A stretch of 64,000 nt of DNA from a virus: IMG/VR virus record IMGVR_UViG_3300017989_004886. One strand, 5' to 3'. Every line of letters begins with the position of its first letter. Positions within the stretch are counted from its first letter, which is position 1. This document shows positions 1 to 11,000 of the stretch, in pieces. The notes beneath the pieces are model-generated. The model searched no databases, had not been told where the DNA came from, and was given only the letters and a program-made list of their open reading frames with translations. The translations under genes were made by a program, and so were the position numbers.

Positions 1-561
1 CAAATCAGACAAATCACTTTTAAAAGAAATAACCGAATCAATGATTATCTCCATAAAACAAGTAGGTTTATCGTTAATTATTGTATAGACAATAATATCG
101 ATACAATCATAATTGGTCACAACAAACAATGGAAGACTGAGGTTAACTTAGGCCATATCAACAATCAAAACTTTGTTCAAATACCATTTACTAAGTTAAT
201 CAATATGCTGAAATACAAATCAGAAGAGGTCAATATTAGAGTAATCACAAATGAAGAGAGTTATACTAGCAAGTGTAGCTTTCTTGACAATGAAGAAGTT
301 TGTAAACATAAAACTTATCTAGGCAAAAGAATCACTAGAGGCCTCTTCAAATCATCCAAGGGTGTTAAGATTAACTCAGATGTTAATGGTAGTTTGAATA
401 TAGCTAAGAAAGTAGTCACCAAGACTGGTTCAGATTCTAAAGTAGTCATCAAAGATAGTGGCGTTAAGCCAAGATCGGAGGTGATAGAGGGTGCTGCGCT
501 TCACCCTATTAGGGTTTACCCTGATAAATCAAATTTAATAAAGTTACTGAATGCTATTTAG
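1..561 (+). CDS. tnpB: TnpB-family RNA-guided nuclease, 5'-partial (TnpB-A)
   Basis: Frame open from base 1 (QIRQITFKRNNRINDYLHKTSR..IIIGHN..NNQNFVQIPF); EESYTSKCS, KRITRGLF and NSDVNGSLNI motifs. Confidence 0.9.
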   Translation, partial: QIRQITFKRNNRINDYLHKTSRFIVNYCIDNNIDTIIIGHNKQWKTEVNLGHINNQNFVQIPFTKLINMLKYKSEEVNIRVITNEESYTSKCSFLDNEEVCKHKTYLGKRITRGLFKSSKGVKINSDVNGSLNIAKKVVTKTGSDSKVVIKDSGVKPRSEVIEGAALHPIRVYPDKSNLIKLLNAI

Positions 562-1558
562 TGATTTTATTGGTTTGGATTGCGTTGATTAAAGAATGCC
601 AAAGATTCCCTTTAGTTTCTGCACTAAACTGTTTAGCAATAACTAAATTCAATTTAGAAACTGTCTTTCGAAGGTCTAAATCTCGAATTAAAAGTATTAA
701 CTTTTTATACCAATCTTGCTCAGTAGAAACAAGAAAATCTCTGCTATCTCCAGCAATTTCATGGTATGGCGGTAAATTTGATATAACGCAAGGCAACCCT
801 AAAGCACAATATTCTGCAAATTTAATTAAACTCTTCGATTTATTAAATGCTGAATCAATAACAGGAATAACCCCAATATCAATACCTAAATCAGGTAAAG
901 TATTTACATAATAGTCATAAGATCCACCTTTAATAAATGAAACTCTTTCACCAAATTTTAAAAAATCTTTTGGGCAATAACCAAAAAAGACTAAATCAAC
1001 ATTATTACATTCGTTCAAAATTCTTTTTAAAACTGGATAAATCGACATTAAATCTCTGTGGTGGGTAGGTGATCCTGCCCAACCAATGCGTATTCTACCA
1101 TCATCCTTTGTTTTATTAGGTTTCCAAATTGAAAGATCAAGCATATTAGGAATAACAACAATTTCTTGATCAAAAATCTGTTTTGATAATTCCTTCAACT
1201 GAGGAGTTGAAACTGTCATTATATCTGCAAAAGAAGCTAGAGTTCGGATCTCTTTTAATAAATTTTCTCTTATACGATAAAGATTGATTTCTGGAGTTAA
1301 ATTAAAAAAGTCATCGTCCAAATCATAAACTATCTTCAAACCTCGTCTTTTAAATTTACGAAGTAAAGCAGGAACATCAATAAAAATATAATGACGCTGG
1401 ACAAAAATAACTTTAGTTTCAGGATATGCTCTAAAAGTAGGCTTAATAAAACGAACTTCCGATGAGATACCATGATCTTTCAAAACCTTCGCAGGTAAAT
1501 CAGATCTATAATAACCACAACCCGTACTATCTGATTTAAAAAATACTACTTGAGCCAT
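554..1558 (-). CDS. GT-B (GT4-like) glycosyltransferase
   Basis: GCGYYR, YDLDDD, RIGWAGS..H..D, FNKSKS..K..EY motifs. Confidence 0.85.
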   Translation of the reverse strand: MAQVVFFKSDSTGCGYYRSDLPAKVLKDHGISSEVRFIKPTFRAYPETKVIFVQRHYIFIDVPALLRKFKRRGLKIVYDLDDDFFNLTPEINLYRIRENLLKEIRTLASFADIMTVSTPQLKELSKQIFDQEIVVIPNMLDLSIWKPNKTKDDGRIRIGWAGSPTHHRDLMSIYPVLKRILNECNNVDLVFFGYCPKDFLKFGERVSFIKGGSYDYYVNTLPDLGIDIGVIPVIDSAFNKSKSLIKFAEYCALGLPCVISNLPPYHEIAGDSRDFLVSTEQDWYKKLILLIRDLDLRKTVSKLNLVIAKQFSAETKGNLWHSLINAIQTNKITK

Positions 1559-2633
1559 TTAACACTTGCTCATAAGATTCTTTCCATTTCTTCCAATTAT
1601 ATACAATATTATAGTCTTTCTTTACAAAATTGTAACCGGTTTCAGCCATTCTATTTCGAAGAGAATATGAATCAATTAACTCCTGTATTCGTTTGACCCA
1701 ATGCTTAGGATTTGTAGAGCATAAAAAACCTGTTTCATAGTCTTTGAGTGTTTCTTTATAACTACCAAAATTACTAGCAACAGGTACAATCTTAGCACTT
1801 AAGTATTCTAAAGCTTTAAGATTACTCTTACCTTCATTAAAGAGGTGTTCTTCAATTGGGCAAAGACCTATATCAAGATTTAAAGCAAATAACAAAGGCA
1901 AATATTTCGGAGTATCAACACCTTCTATCAAACGCAACTGATGAGAAGGAATTTTCTCGATTAATTCCCTTAAAGTAAAGCCAGCCATATAAATCATAAC
2001 TCTTGGATTATTTCTACAAATTATAGGTAAAACTTCTCTAAGAATAAATAAGTCCCGTTCATGTGTAAAGCTACCTGCCCAACCAATATTAATTTTACCG
2101 AGTTCTTTTTTCTCATTAATAATTTTACTAACCAAAAGAGGTTTTCTTCTCATTGGATTGTGTTCGAGTTCAATAATTTGTTTATAATAATCTTTCTTTT
2201 CTAATTGAGATACAACTTTGAAATCAATACAATTTTCTAAAATAGAGATATTCGAATTATGTTTCGAAAATTCTTTTTTTAAAGCCTTATTTGTTACAGT
2301 TATTAAATCGCTTCTCTTTAAAATTTCAGCAGAGACTTTACGAACAGATCTCCAATGCTCTTTAGTGGGGTTCCAAGGAGGTACATGAAAAATATCATCA
2401 TCACATTCAGAGATTACTTTAATACCTTGATCCTGAGCATATTTTTGCCAAGAAAGAACATTAGGGTCAAATTGACGTTGAAGAATTATAATATCATTTT
2501 GATCGATGTGTTCTCTTTTATACTCTGTGTGTATTTTAAATTCAACACCATTTTGAATTAAATATTGAGCAGGAACAACACAACGGTAATAACCACAACC
2601 TCCCCAATCACTAATAAAGAAAGTTATTTTCAT
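1536..2633 (-). CDS. GT-B (GT4-like) glycosyltransferase, paralog of 554-1558
   Basis: GCGYYR, ECDDD, IGWAGS.TH..D, FNEGKSNLK.LEY; start taken at MKITFF. Confidence 0.85.
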   Translation of the reverse strand: MKITFFISDWGGCGYYRCVVPAQYLIQNGVEFKIHTEYKREHIDQNDIIILQRQFDPNVLSWQKYAQDQGIKVISECDDDIFHVPPWNPTKEHWRSVRKVSAEILKRSDLITVTNKALKKEFSKHNSNISILENCIDFKVVSQLEKKDYYKQIIELEHNPMRRKPLLVSKIINEKKELGKINIGWAGSFTHERDLFILREVLPIICRNNPRVMIYMAGFTLRELIEKIPSHQLRLIEGVDTPKYLPLLFALNLDIGLCPIEEHLFNEGKSNLKALEYLSAKIVPVASNFGSYKETLKDYETGFLCSTNPKHWVKRIQELIDSYSLRNRMAETGYNFVKKDYNIVYNWKKWKESYEQVLNGSSSIF

Positions 2634-2701
2634 AATTATTTTACAAAGACACAACAAAAATCATGCGTTTTAGATAAGGATAATTCACAAAATGAGTGAG
2701 A

Positions 2702-3508
2702 TTATTGAGGTAAGATTTCTTGAAAACCAACCAACCAACCAAAGAAAACAGCTCCAGAACATGTATAAACATGACTAAAATTAACTACAGGAGGATCAGC
2801 CGCAAGATCTGCTTCCAGATCAACCCAACCACTATTAGAATCATAACCATACCCAGAATCTGCTCCAGAAACATTTACTAAAAAGTAGTGATCATATTGA
2901 TAATTTGTAGGAGCAAAATAAGTTGCTCGTGCTTGATAACGGGCATTGGCATCTACAGAACCTGATGTATTTATAAATGTATTTAAAAGAGCTTTTCGAG
3001 CAAAATAAGAAGTATAAGGGCCAATATCCATATTTGCTTCTACAAAGGAAGACGATGTATTCACATAACCATAAGGATCACATAAAAAAACTAAATCATT
3101 TACTTTTCTAATAGGTCTAAAATGTGGAGTAGCGTCTGTAGTAATCGAACCAACCAATCTCTTTTTATCATAACCAGTCGGCATCGTTGGATTACCATTT
3201 AATCCATTTTTAAGACTTAAAAGCCCAGCATTTGCTTTTATGCCATTTGAATCCCCAATGACCCAAATATAATAATTTTTGTTTGCTGCCAAGGCCCCAG
3301 TATCAATCCCATTAGCGCCAATAGTACCTGAATTTACAATTAATATTGAGGTAATATTAAAATGAAATGAACCATCCCCGCTAATACCTCGAAAACTTCT
3401 GATCTCAAATTTAGTCTGATATGCCGCGGCGTTTGGAGTAATTTCTAAGTTACTCCAAGAGCCCCCAACATAATCAGCAGGCTGGGGAACTTGAAACAAA
3501 AAAGTCAT
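2702..3508 (-). CDS. Tail fibre-associated protein, paralog of 4920-5729
   Basis: Shared segment G.N.ID.G..A...YY...IGDS..AGLLS..PT.P.GYD..R.VG...TDA; lies in the fibre cluster. Confidence 0.6.
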   Translation of the reverse strand: MTFLFQVPQPADYVGGSWSNLEITPNAAAYQTKFEIRSFRGISGDGSFHFNITSILIVNSGTIGANGIDTGALAANKNYYIWVIGDSNGIKANAGLLSLKNGLNGNPTMPTGYDKKRLVGSITTDATPHFRPIRKVNDLVFLCDPYGYVNTSSSFVEANMDIGPYTSYFARKALLNTFINTSGSVDANARYQARATYFAPTNYQYDHYFLVNVSGADSGYGYDSNSGWVDLEADLAADPPVVNFSHVYTCSGAVFFGWLVGFQEILPQ

Positions 3509-3522
3509 CGTTTTCTCTCCGA

Positions 3523-4455
3523 TTAGCCTGGATATACTGAATAGCCAACATTATAATCAATAGTTGCTTCCACGATGTTTACAGCACCAAGATAAGCATC
3601 ACCAGCATTCCGAGTAATGACGAAAGCTAAGAGATCTCCAGGTAATAATGTTCTTAAATTAAAATGTTTTGTCCCAACGGAGCCAGCGATTTGCATACTA
3701 TAAACTTCATAGGAAAGATCATCAAGAGCTGCGAATACATTATTTGTTGTAGCTGTAACACCAGGAGGAAAGGTCCCAGCTCCAGCGCCCAAGGCTACTC
3801 TTGTGACATCAACGTCCCACTGGACATTACCTGCCCCTCCGGCAGCTCCAGTAAAACCACGAAACTTCAAATACATACTTCTATTGTAATCAAAGTCCTC
3901 AGGAATCGTTATTGAAAATTTAACGCCAGCTCCTAAACCGGCATTAAATATAGTCGTACTAAAATCTCCTGATGTCCCAGCAGCCGGAGCTACTCCGGCT
4001 GCTTCCCATGTGTCAATACGAATCTTGCGTGTTCGATCTTGATGGGGAGTTAAAAAGGACCTCACATCTTGAATTTCATCTGAACCAATTGAAGCAGTTG
4101 CTGCTGTAAGAGAAATTTCAGCTAGAGGAATTACATTTGACGGGAAAACAGGAGATACTGCAGGTCCAGGAACAGCTACAGGCGTTCCTGTAATTACATT
4201 AATAGTCAGATCTGTAGAAATGACTATCAAGTCATTTCTAAGTGTTCCTGCTGCTGGGGCAACAAAAGGCCCTACTGTTTGAGATGAAGAAAGTACCTGA
4301 GCTGAACCATAATTATTTGAATCAGGAATTCCTGTAATATAAGTACCAGTATTTGATATTAAGACTCCCGGTTGTACAGTAACATTCATTCCTTCAGGAT
4401 AGGTAGGATGTACAGCAAAATCGCCTATCCGTTCCCGCAAAAGAAAAGTTGGCAT
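3523..4455 (-). CDS. Tail fibre/receptor-binding protein
   Basis: N-terminal domain (M.V.V..G..P.PV.P..P....AE......I....I.DVR.FL) repeats a domain of 5743-8004. Confidence 0.6.
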   Translation of the reverse strand: MPTFLLRERIGDFAVHPTYPEGMNVTVQPGVLISNTGTYITGIPDSNNYGSAQVLSSSQTVGPFVAPAAGTLRNDLIVISTDLTINVITGTPVAVPGPAVSPVFPSNVIPLAEISLTAATASIGSDEIQDVRSFLTPHQDRTRKIRIDTWEAAGVAPAAGTSGDFSTTIFNAGLGAGVKFSITIPEDFDYNRSMYLKFRGFTGAAGGAGNVQWDVDVTRVALGAGAGTFPPGVTATTNNVFAALDDLSYEVYSMQIAGSVGTKHFNLRTLLPGDLLAFVITRNAGDAYLGAVNIVEATIDYNVGYSVYPG

Positions 4456-4459
4456 CTAA

Positions 4460-4897
4460 TTAAACTCCAAGATCTTTAATTTGTTTTTCAAGTAAATTAA
4501 TTTGTTCATTTAATTCTTTGAAAGCTTCCTTCAAATTATTTTTTTCAGCCATTTCGGCCTTTATTTTTAAAGATACTAAAAAATGTTCTAATTGCTTCTT
4601 TTTGTTAATCTTAAGTTGTTTTTTAGGCTTTTTCTTTAAATTATTTTTCTTTACAACATAATCTTGTATGGGACAGGGCAAAGTAGCATCATCTAATTCT
4701 AAAATTGCATACAATCTTTGATCTATCTTTCCTAACTCATCATCTCTATTAGAAAAACTTACAGATAAAACTTCTCCAGTTTTCTTTCTATAAACAACAA
4801 TCGGTTTCAAAATCCTTTGATTAAATCTCTTCTTTTTAAAATCAAAATGCTGTTGGCCTAAAACTTCAAATTCTTTTTTCGTCTTTGCCTCTTTCAT
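4460..4897 (-). CDS. Lys-rich hypothetical protein, possibly fibre assembly
   Basis: AGGAG before MKEAKTK; the longer ORF-track start overlaps the neighbouring gene. Confidence 0.5.
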   Translation of the reverse strand: MKEAKTKKEFEVLGQQHFDFKKKRFNQRILKPIVVYRKKTGEVLSVSFSNRDDELGKIDQRLYAILELDDATLPCPIQDYVVKKNNLKKKPKKQLKINKKKQLEHFLVSLKIKAEMAEKNNLKEAFKELNEQINLLEKQIKDLGV

Positions 4898-4919
4898 TCT
4901 CACTCCTTTTAATCTAAAT

Positions 4920-5729
4920 TTAAATTGCTGGGGCATCGTCTTCCCAATAACCTGCAATATAAATATTTGCAAGAGATCCCGGGTTTCCTGTCCCAGCCAT
5001 ATAAATATTGCCTCCAGTATGTACCCAACCGCACATAGAATTAATTTGTGTAACACCTGGATTCGTTGTTGTCGCTGTTACCTGAAAAGTCGGACCTAAA
5101 GCAACTGGACCTATATGTTCTCCATAAATATCAATAAATTCAGTAGGTGCTCCAACATTATCCCAAAGCTCAACTATAACAAGACATCTTTCTGCAGTAG
5201 CTGGAACAAAATTAGCGACTGGCACTGCTGTAATAGGTATTGGAATATTACCTGAATAAACTAGAGTTGCTGCATACTGATCATATATAGCAAATTGGCC
5301 AAACTTTCTAAAATTAAGAAGAGCTCCTAAAGCATCTGTTCTGGTTGTTCCTACCCTACGGCTTAAATCATAGCCGGGAGGTAAAGTAGGACCAGGACCA
5401 TAAGGAGCTTCAATATTCGTTGAAAGTAGCCCAGCAGTAGGGAGATTTGCAGTAGAATCTCCAATTATATACAAATAATACCAAGTGAGCGCAGCTGCCG
5501 GAGGGCCAACATCTATAGCATTTGGTCCCGCTGGTGACGTTGTATCAACAATAATCCAAGGAGGCCCCCCAGCAGCTCTATGCCTTAAAGAGCGATAATT
5601 CTGGTCATCTACACCTGAAAACATTTCAATTTGAAGCCAAGTTCCAGTATTGAGTGTTAAAATTTTTAATACTGCATTTGTATCAGATACAAAAGACTGG
5701 CTTGCTTCAAGCCTTTTCTCAGGAGGCAT
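4920..5729 (-). CDS. Tail fibre-associated protein
   Basis: Paralogous segment with 2702-3508; G/P/T-rich. Confidence 0.6.
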   Translation of the reverse strand: MPPEKRLEASQSFVSDTNAVLKILTLNTGTWLQIEMFSGVDDQNYRSLRHRAAGGPPWIIVDTTSPAGPNAIDVGPPAAALTWYYLYIIGDSTANLPTAGLLSTNIEAPYGPGPTLPPGYDLSRRVGTTRTDALGALLNFRKFGQFAIYDQYAATLVYSGNIPIPITAVPVANFVPATAERCLVIVELWDNVGAPTEFIDIYGEHIGPVALGPTFQVTATTTNPGVTQINSMCGWVHTGGNIYMAGTGNPGSLANIYIAGYWEDDAPAI

Positions 5730-5742
5730 TTATATCTCCTTT

Positions 5743-8004
5743 CTACGCGGAAACATATTTAAATCTAACGTCGCATAACCGCATAACATCATTATAAGTA
5801 TCACTGAGATCTATTACATCTCTCTCAAATTCAAATGCTATAAATGTAGTATTACTAGTAAAGTGAGTTGGGACTAATGCAAGATTTACATATTCTACTG
5901 TATTTGCTGAGGCCCCAAAAGGAGTTACGGCAGTTGTTACTGTGGATCTATTACCCCCGGTTATAACATTTTCACCGTCATCTAAAACAGCATAGTGTAC
6001 ACGAACAAATATACCCGCCGCAGGTTGGGCAGTTAAACCAGAGGCAATCCAAAACTGAAGAGAAACCCCATAAACACCACCTAAGTGTATATCTCGAGGA
6101 GCAGGTATTGAAAAGCGAATTCTCTGTGTAGCAGTCGGAGAAAAATCTATAGAATCTATAGCTACAACACCAGAAACAGCTCCTGAAATAATCCCGGCTG
6201 TAGGGGAAGCAGAAGGATCCGCAGAAAAAGATGATACTGGAACACTTCTGGGTTCATTCGCAGTTGGACTTGTCCCAGTACCACCCTCAACTATAAGTTC
6301 ATAAATAGCTCCGGCAGCTGCTGGGACTGCCAAAATTACCTGTGTTGTAGAAGGTTCTGTATAATCATTTGGAAGAGTTAATTTTTTGCCATTTTTAAAA
6401 ACACGTAATGAATCATTTCCTGGAGTATAACTTCCAGAGGTAATATTTAAAATTGTCTGGCCCGCAGTTGCTGTAAATCTTTGATAAAGCTGGGGTGCTC
6501 CGGCACCTGGGCCACCGCCTCCCGAAATCCGAATAGCACTAACTCTTTCACCTGCAACTCTTCCATGAATAAATGTAATAGTATTAGAGGAAGACTCTAA
6601 ATAATCTAAATTATTTGTTTGAAGTTGCCCAGCACTAAAAACTAAAAGATCATCTGTACCTGGGGTATATGTAAAAGTAAAAGAGAAGATTTGCTGACCA
6701 GCTGCGGACGCAAAGTCATCTCGATTAATTTGAACACCTAAACCTCCACCCAAATTAAGAAAACCCCGAACATCTCTAATTTGAGAATCTAATATTTGTG
6801 TATCGCCTGGATTTACAGTAACTTCTGCAATAACTTGTTTATCAGTTGGGTAAACAGGAGCAACTGGAATAGCTCCTGGAATACCAGGTGTAATTGCAAG
6901 ATTGCCCCAGTCATCAATCGTTAATAAATCAATCTTAGGATTGCCTACAGGCAAAGCAAAAACAGGACTTGAGCCACCAGCATATGTAATTGCTTTTTGA
7001 CCATTTGACGAAATGTATGTTCCCGCTTCTACATAAACGGTCATATTTGGAGTAGTTTGCTGATGCGGCCTTAAAATCTTAATATTACCCAGAGTTACCG
7101 TATCATCCTTAAAGGAACCGTCTATATTAATTGAAACATCAATTCTAGGAGTATCAGTAGCTAAATTACTAAACATTCTAAGGTCTGTAAGCGAGGTTAT
7201 AGTTGTAGCATTTGAAACAAATTTAGCTAGCGGAGTATTAAATGTCGTAGGTAGAGTCGCAGCTAATTGTAAAGTTCCAGCATTGTCTATATAAAGATAT
7301 CGCGTTGAAGCAGCAGGTACCGCCCCAGCAAAAGATCCTAATGTATATTTTGTGTCTGCTACAAAACAAGAGCCTAAAGTCATTGCATAGGCCAAACCTC
7401 CCGTATGTGAAGGCCTTAAACCTGATATTACAAAATTGCGTGAGGCTTTTTTCCGGTCATCAGTTATCATCGTTGAGGTTATATTTGGATTGCCAGCTGT
7501 TCTACTAAGTGTAGCTATTTGTACATGAACTCTGCCGGCAGCTGGTTGAGGGATTGCTGTCCCTTCAGCAACTCTTACATTAATTACAGTCTTTTTACGA
7601 CAAGCAGTCTCAATACCTATTACAGGATCAATAATATTTGGGTCAACTGTGCCATCAATCTCTGTATCATAATACTCTATATAAACATAATCAGTTCTAT
7701 TAGCCCCAGGAGTCGTTAAACCTGTAATTAAGACATTACTGAATAGTGTTAACTCTCGACCTTCATTATAATAAGTACCTTGATAAATTAAAAGAGAATT
7801 TGGGCTACCGGATGAAAGAGATAAAAAACCATCGCCAATTGCTCCATTACCTATACCTGATTTTTCAATTAATTCTTCACGCCGACGATAAACATCTTGC
7901 CATTCATTCAGCTCAGCATCAAGAACTGGCCTATTTTGACTGAATATTAGTTCTTGATAACCCCGTGATGGGATAAACGTATCTCTCGAAACATTACTGC
8001 TCAC
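5743..8004 (-). CDS. Tail fibre/baseplate-attached protein with DUF4815-like N-terminus
   Basis: VSRDTF..FSQNRPVLDAELNEWQD start; two ATAGQT..YTPG.D.L.VF..G....DY.E repeats. Confidence 0.7.
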   Translation of the reverse strand: MSSNVSRDTFIPSRGYQELIFSQNRPVLDAELNEWQDVYRRREELIEKSGIGNGAIGDGFLSLSSGSPNSLLIYQGTYYNEGRELTLFSNVLITGLTTPGANRTDYVYIEYYDTEIDGTVDPNIIDPVIGIETACRKKTVINVRVAEGTAIPQPAAGRVHVQIATLSRTAGNPNITSTMITDDRKKASRNFVISGLRPSHTGGLAYAMTLGSCFVADTKYTLGSFAGAVPAASTRYLYIDNAGTLQLAATLPTTFNTPLAKFVSNATTITSLTDLRMFSNLATDTPRIDVSINIDGSFKDDTVTLGNIKILRPHQQTTPNMTVYVEAGTYISSNGQKAITYAGGSSPVFALPVGNPKIDLLTIDDWGNLAITPGIPGAIPVAPVYPTDKQVIAEVTVNPGDTQILDSQIRDVRGFLNLGGGLGVQINRDDFASAAGQQIFSFTFTYTPGTDDLLVFSAGQLQTNNLDYLESSSNTITFIHGRVAGERVSAIRISGGGGPGAGAPQLYQRFTATAGQTILNITSGSYTPGNDSLRVFKNGKKLTLPNDYTEPSTTQVILAVPAAAGAIYELIVEGGTGTSPTANEPRSVPVSSFSADPSASPTAGIISGAVSGVVAIDSIDFSPTATQRIRFSIPAPRDIHLGGVYGVSLQFWIASGLTAQPAAGIFVRVHYAVLDDGENVITGGNRSTVTTAVTPFGASANTVEYVNLALVPTHFTSNTTFIAFEFERDVIDLSDTYNDVMRLCDVRFKYVSA

Positions 8005-8019
8005 TTCAGATCTCCTTGA

Positions 8020-11000
8020 TCATCTTCTGCTCAATAAAGGTCTATAGCGTAAACGAAAAACATCATAAGCGGTTAAACCAGTAATCGAATAATCAGAATA
8101 AGCTGAACCAATAGTGCCTCCAGTTTTGGTATCAGTCAAAATAAACAAATATAACTCATTTTCAGGCGGCAAGCTAATGATAAACCAATGCACATACTGG
8201 ACAACAGCCGGATAAGGGGCATCAGGTGTTGGGTTTGAGTATTGAAAGAAATAAGGGTCAATCACACCAGTTCCTTTGTCTACAGTTAGGGCATCACTTA
8301 GGCCCCTTTGAGGAACTGGAACTGAATAAGAACCAGAAGGTGTTGTAACTCTTAATTTTAAGCCTTCATAGGTATGAGTGTAAGCAGTATAAGTAGAACT
8401 TAAGGGCGGAGCACCTGTAGTCGGCCTTGAATATATGACAGATGCTTGCTTAATTGATTCATATAAATCTAAACGTCTTAAACCAGTAGGCATTGCTGAA
8501 TCAACGACAGCGACAGCAGTCATATCGAGGTCAGCATCATAATAATTTCCATTTAAAGGTAATTTTGCAGATATTGAAGATATCTCAATATCAGTATAAC
8601 CAACCTGAGATGAAAGAGGAAAAGGAAGAGATACCCAACTATTGCCCCCCGTACCAATAGAATGCATTATGCCTTTTTGAGAAATTTGTTTAATAACAGC
8701 TTCATCAATGTCCAGACCAAGACCTTGATATGGGTCATATTCATAATAAATCTGCAGGCGATCACTTGCAGTGGGAGTATAAGTTGAAACAAACTCAAAG
8801 ATTATTGTATCAGCTGCACCTGGAGCAACAGGAAAAGCAACACTAACAGCCCCGGTACCTTCCCCATAATTTACTGTTATCTGTCTACGAAGTCCATTAA
8901 CATAGGCATAATTTTTTTCTCCTAATAAGTCTTCATAAACTCCCATTTTATGTATAATCTCCCCAGATGAAGATGTAACAGTATAATTACTTGCACCTGT
9001 ACCTGCCATTGATTCAGTTGCCGCCGCATAGGATTCAACTATGCCTTTTGCATGTCTTTCTATTGTAAGGCTTTTAATTCTAAGAGTAGCTTCATATTTA
9101 ATTACTTGATTTGTGGTAAAAACCTGCCCAAAAATTACAGTGTAACTTCCAACTGCTCTTGTAACACTACTAGGATGTATCTGAACTGGATTTAGTGGAT
9201 CAGTATAATTCCAAAATCTATAGAAACCTGTAATAGCAAATCCGGCTAATGTAGATGGGAAGTTATAAGTAGCTGTCCCGTTCCCTTGCATAAAACCATT
9301 ATAAACTCGCAAAGCTCCTTTCTGCGTACTAAAATAACTTGTTTGATTTGCAGCAGGATTAATATCTTCAATATAATCCTGATTACCTCCTATAGAAGGG
9401 AAGGCTGATAGAGTTGTCTCAAAAAGACCTACAGTCCGCTTTTCAAGTTCTATATAACTAAAACCCATTCTTTCATTCTGGGCTATATTCGCATTAAATG
9501 TATAGTAAAGATGATTTGGTACATGTCTAAAACCATCTCCTTGGTTTCCTACTACATGAGTCCATATCAGATAAAAAACTGCGTCAATGCGTCCTCCGGC
9601 TATATAATTAGGGTCAGCTACATCAATTGTCGCCCAAATTTGGTAATTACTAACGACATGCCAGCCTAAAGTTGCAACCGTATTTCCTGTAGATCTCCAA
9701 ACTAAGACTACTCCTGTGCCCGGAATTGTATTCGGAGCAATCGAAGTTATTGTTATATTTTTTAGGACTGTCTGGTAAGCAAAAGTAATATAAGCATTTG
9801 TAAAAGTGCTATCGGCATTTTCAAGAAATGAAAATGGAATAGTTTGAGTGATAGTTTTATCTGTAAACATTCGTCTAAAACCATCAGGAGCTGCAAAATC
9901 ATAAATACCTGGTTGATCCACAGCACTTATGCCGTCAACCTGAAGTAATTTTGTACCCTTCTGTGCCCCAACATAATCATTGCCCCAAGAATTTTGATTT
10001 TGTCCTCGAAGAAGTTGATCAAAATTTAAATTCACCATTTCAGAAAGACTACATTCACAATCTAAAACCAAATGCCGAAGATCTATGATATCCTTTTCAT
10101 TAATTTCGTCATTAAACATACCATCAGGTCTATCACTCTTAGTGCTATCTCCTACACTAACTCCTGACCCATTCGGGTTAGTGTGAACATTATAAGCAGT
10201 TGAGTTTCTGCGATGTACTCCTAAAACAGGAATTGCATAAATATAACCGTCTACTGTTCCAAGAACACTGCGAGAAGTTGAGTCACCATTCCCTGCTCTA
10301 AAAAGACCATGATCATTTGAAGTAGAACCTTGATTTGTATAGGTATAAGAAGTATCTCCAGTATTTGGACCACGTGCTTTTACAGTTGGGTCATCAACAC
10401 CTTCTGGATAATTAGTAAAGTTAACACCAGAAACAGTTCTAAGTCGAAATTGTAGTTGAACTCTCTGAGTAGTTTCAACACCTACAGACGGATCTTCCAT
10501 ATCATCTGTCAATTGAGTTCCACGATATTGAGTATTACCATACTTATAGATCTTGTCAACTGCCGGCTTATTAACTGTTGAATTAGGTCTAATTAATACT
10601 CTATATACTTCTAGGAAAATAAGATCTTGTCTTTGACCAGCAGCTGGCGGAGTCGGCATCTCTACCGAAATCCAACCATCTGTAGTAAAATTACCGCCCT
10701 CGACTGAACTATCGATAAGATCTAAAACCCAACCATTTACAATTGCTCTGAAATTCTGAATAATAAATTCATTTTCACCAAGAAATGCAGAAGGAAAAAC
10801 TATATCAGTTGTCCCTTTATAGAGTTCATCAAAACCAGATAAACGAAAGTTTAAAACACCAGACTGTAGTTTAATATTTGCCCGTCGAGATTGAACATCT
10901 CGAATATCCGACATTAAAGTTAATTCACTATCCAAAGGCGGTTTGCCCTTGTCCCAGACAACATCGAGAAAATTCCGATCATCTGGTTGTAATGTCCTGC

